A DNA stretch of 64,000 nucleotides from Balanoglossus misakiensis (lineage: Eukaryota > Animalia > Hemichordata): assembly GCA_040954595.2 (NCBI GenBank), contig CM082582.2, forward strand, positions 1,596,303 to 1,660,302, given 5' to 3'. The translations under genes and the position numbers were made by a program. The notes under the pieces were generated by a model that saw only the letters and a list, made by a program, of their open reading frames with translations, did no database searches and was not told the origin of the DNA. Below, piece after piece: positions 63,901 to 64,000 of the stretch. Each line of letters starts with the position of its first letter. Position 1 is the first letter of the stretch.

Positions 63901-64000
63901 ATCTCAAAATTTCGTCGATTTTTAAAAAAAAATTATGGGTTCGTTGATTTTTGAAAAAAAAAACATGGGTGAAAATCATCAAAAAATGTCAAATTTTCGA
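48956..64000 (+). repeat. 78-bp satellite, opposite (A-rich) orientation, continues past the window end
   Basis: Unit catgggtgaaaatcatcaaaaaatgacaaattttcgactttgcaaaatctcaaaatttcgtcgatttttgaaaaaaat, plus short internal-deletion units (gggttcgttgattt). Confidence 0.98.

Noticed and set aside
42873-63982. Many ORFs repeating MGENHQKMTNFRLCKISKFRRFLKKI
   Set aside because: Translations of the 78-bp satellite with constant homopolymer frameshifts.

Overview
Repeat-rich eukaryotic (animal, probably marine invertebrate) genomic DNA, not prokaryotic. (1) A multi-exon minus-strand gene at ~19.5-37.0 kb that the ORF track mostly misses. Thirteen exons spliced by hand give C-type lectin - CUB - CUB - CUB - partial CCP/sushi - EGF-Ca - EGF-Ca with an unusual insert, an order and linker pattern that closely resemble the N-terminus of Uninflatable (Uif)-like receptors. 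It carries several independent lesions (in-frame TGA, CG in place of an AG acceptor, a frameshift, repeats cutting two exons, no visible 3' part), so it is most likely an unprocessed pseudogene or truncated duplicate. (2) An 8.8-kb array of 90-bp and 74-bp units (9.9-18.7 kb) with higher-order structure and an internal 270-bp inversion. (3) A 5'-truncated CR1-group LINE (39.0-42.1 kb) split by a young 795-bp TTAA-target MITE. (4) A 78-bp AT-rich satellite of at least 21 kb (43.0 kb to the window end) that flips orientation at ~48.95 kb, with a divergent ~87-88-bp subfamily exactly at the junction and kb-scale higher-order repeats. (5) Many MITEs (TA-, TTAA-, 7/8-bp- and 10-bp-TSD types), Helentron-associated-like elements and hairpin elements. 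No CRISPR array, rRNA or tRNA was seen. All long ORFs in the arrays are read as repeat artefacts. I found no convincing novel biological system; family names come from recalled motifs and were not confirmed by database search.
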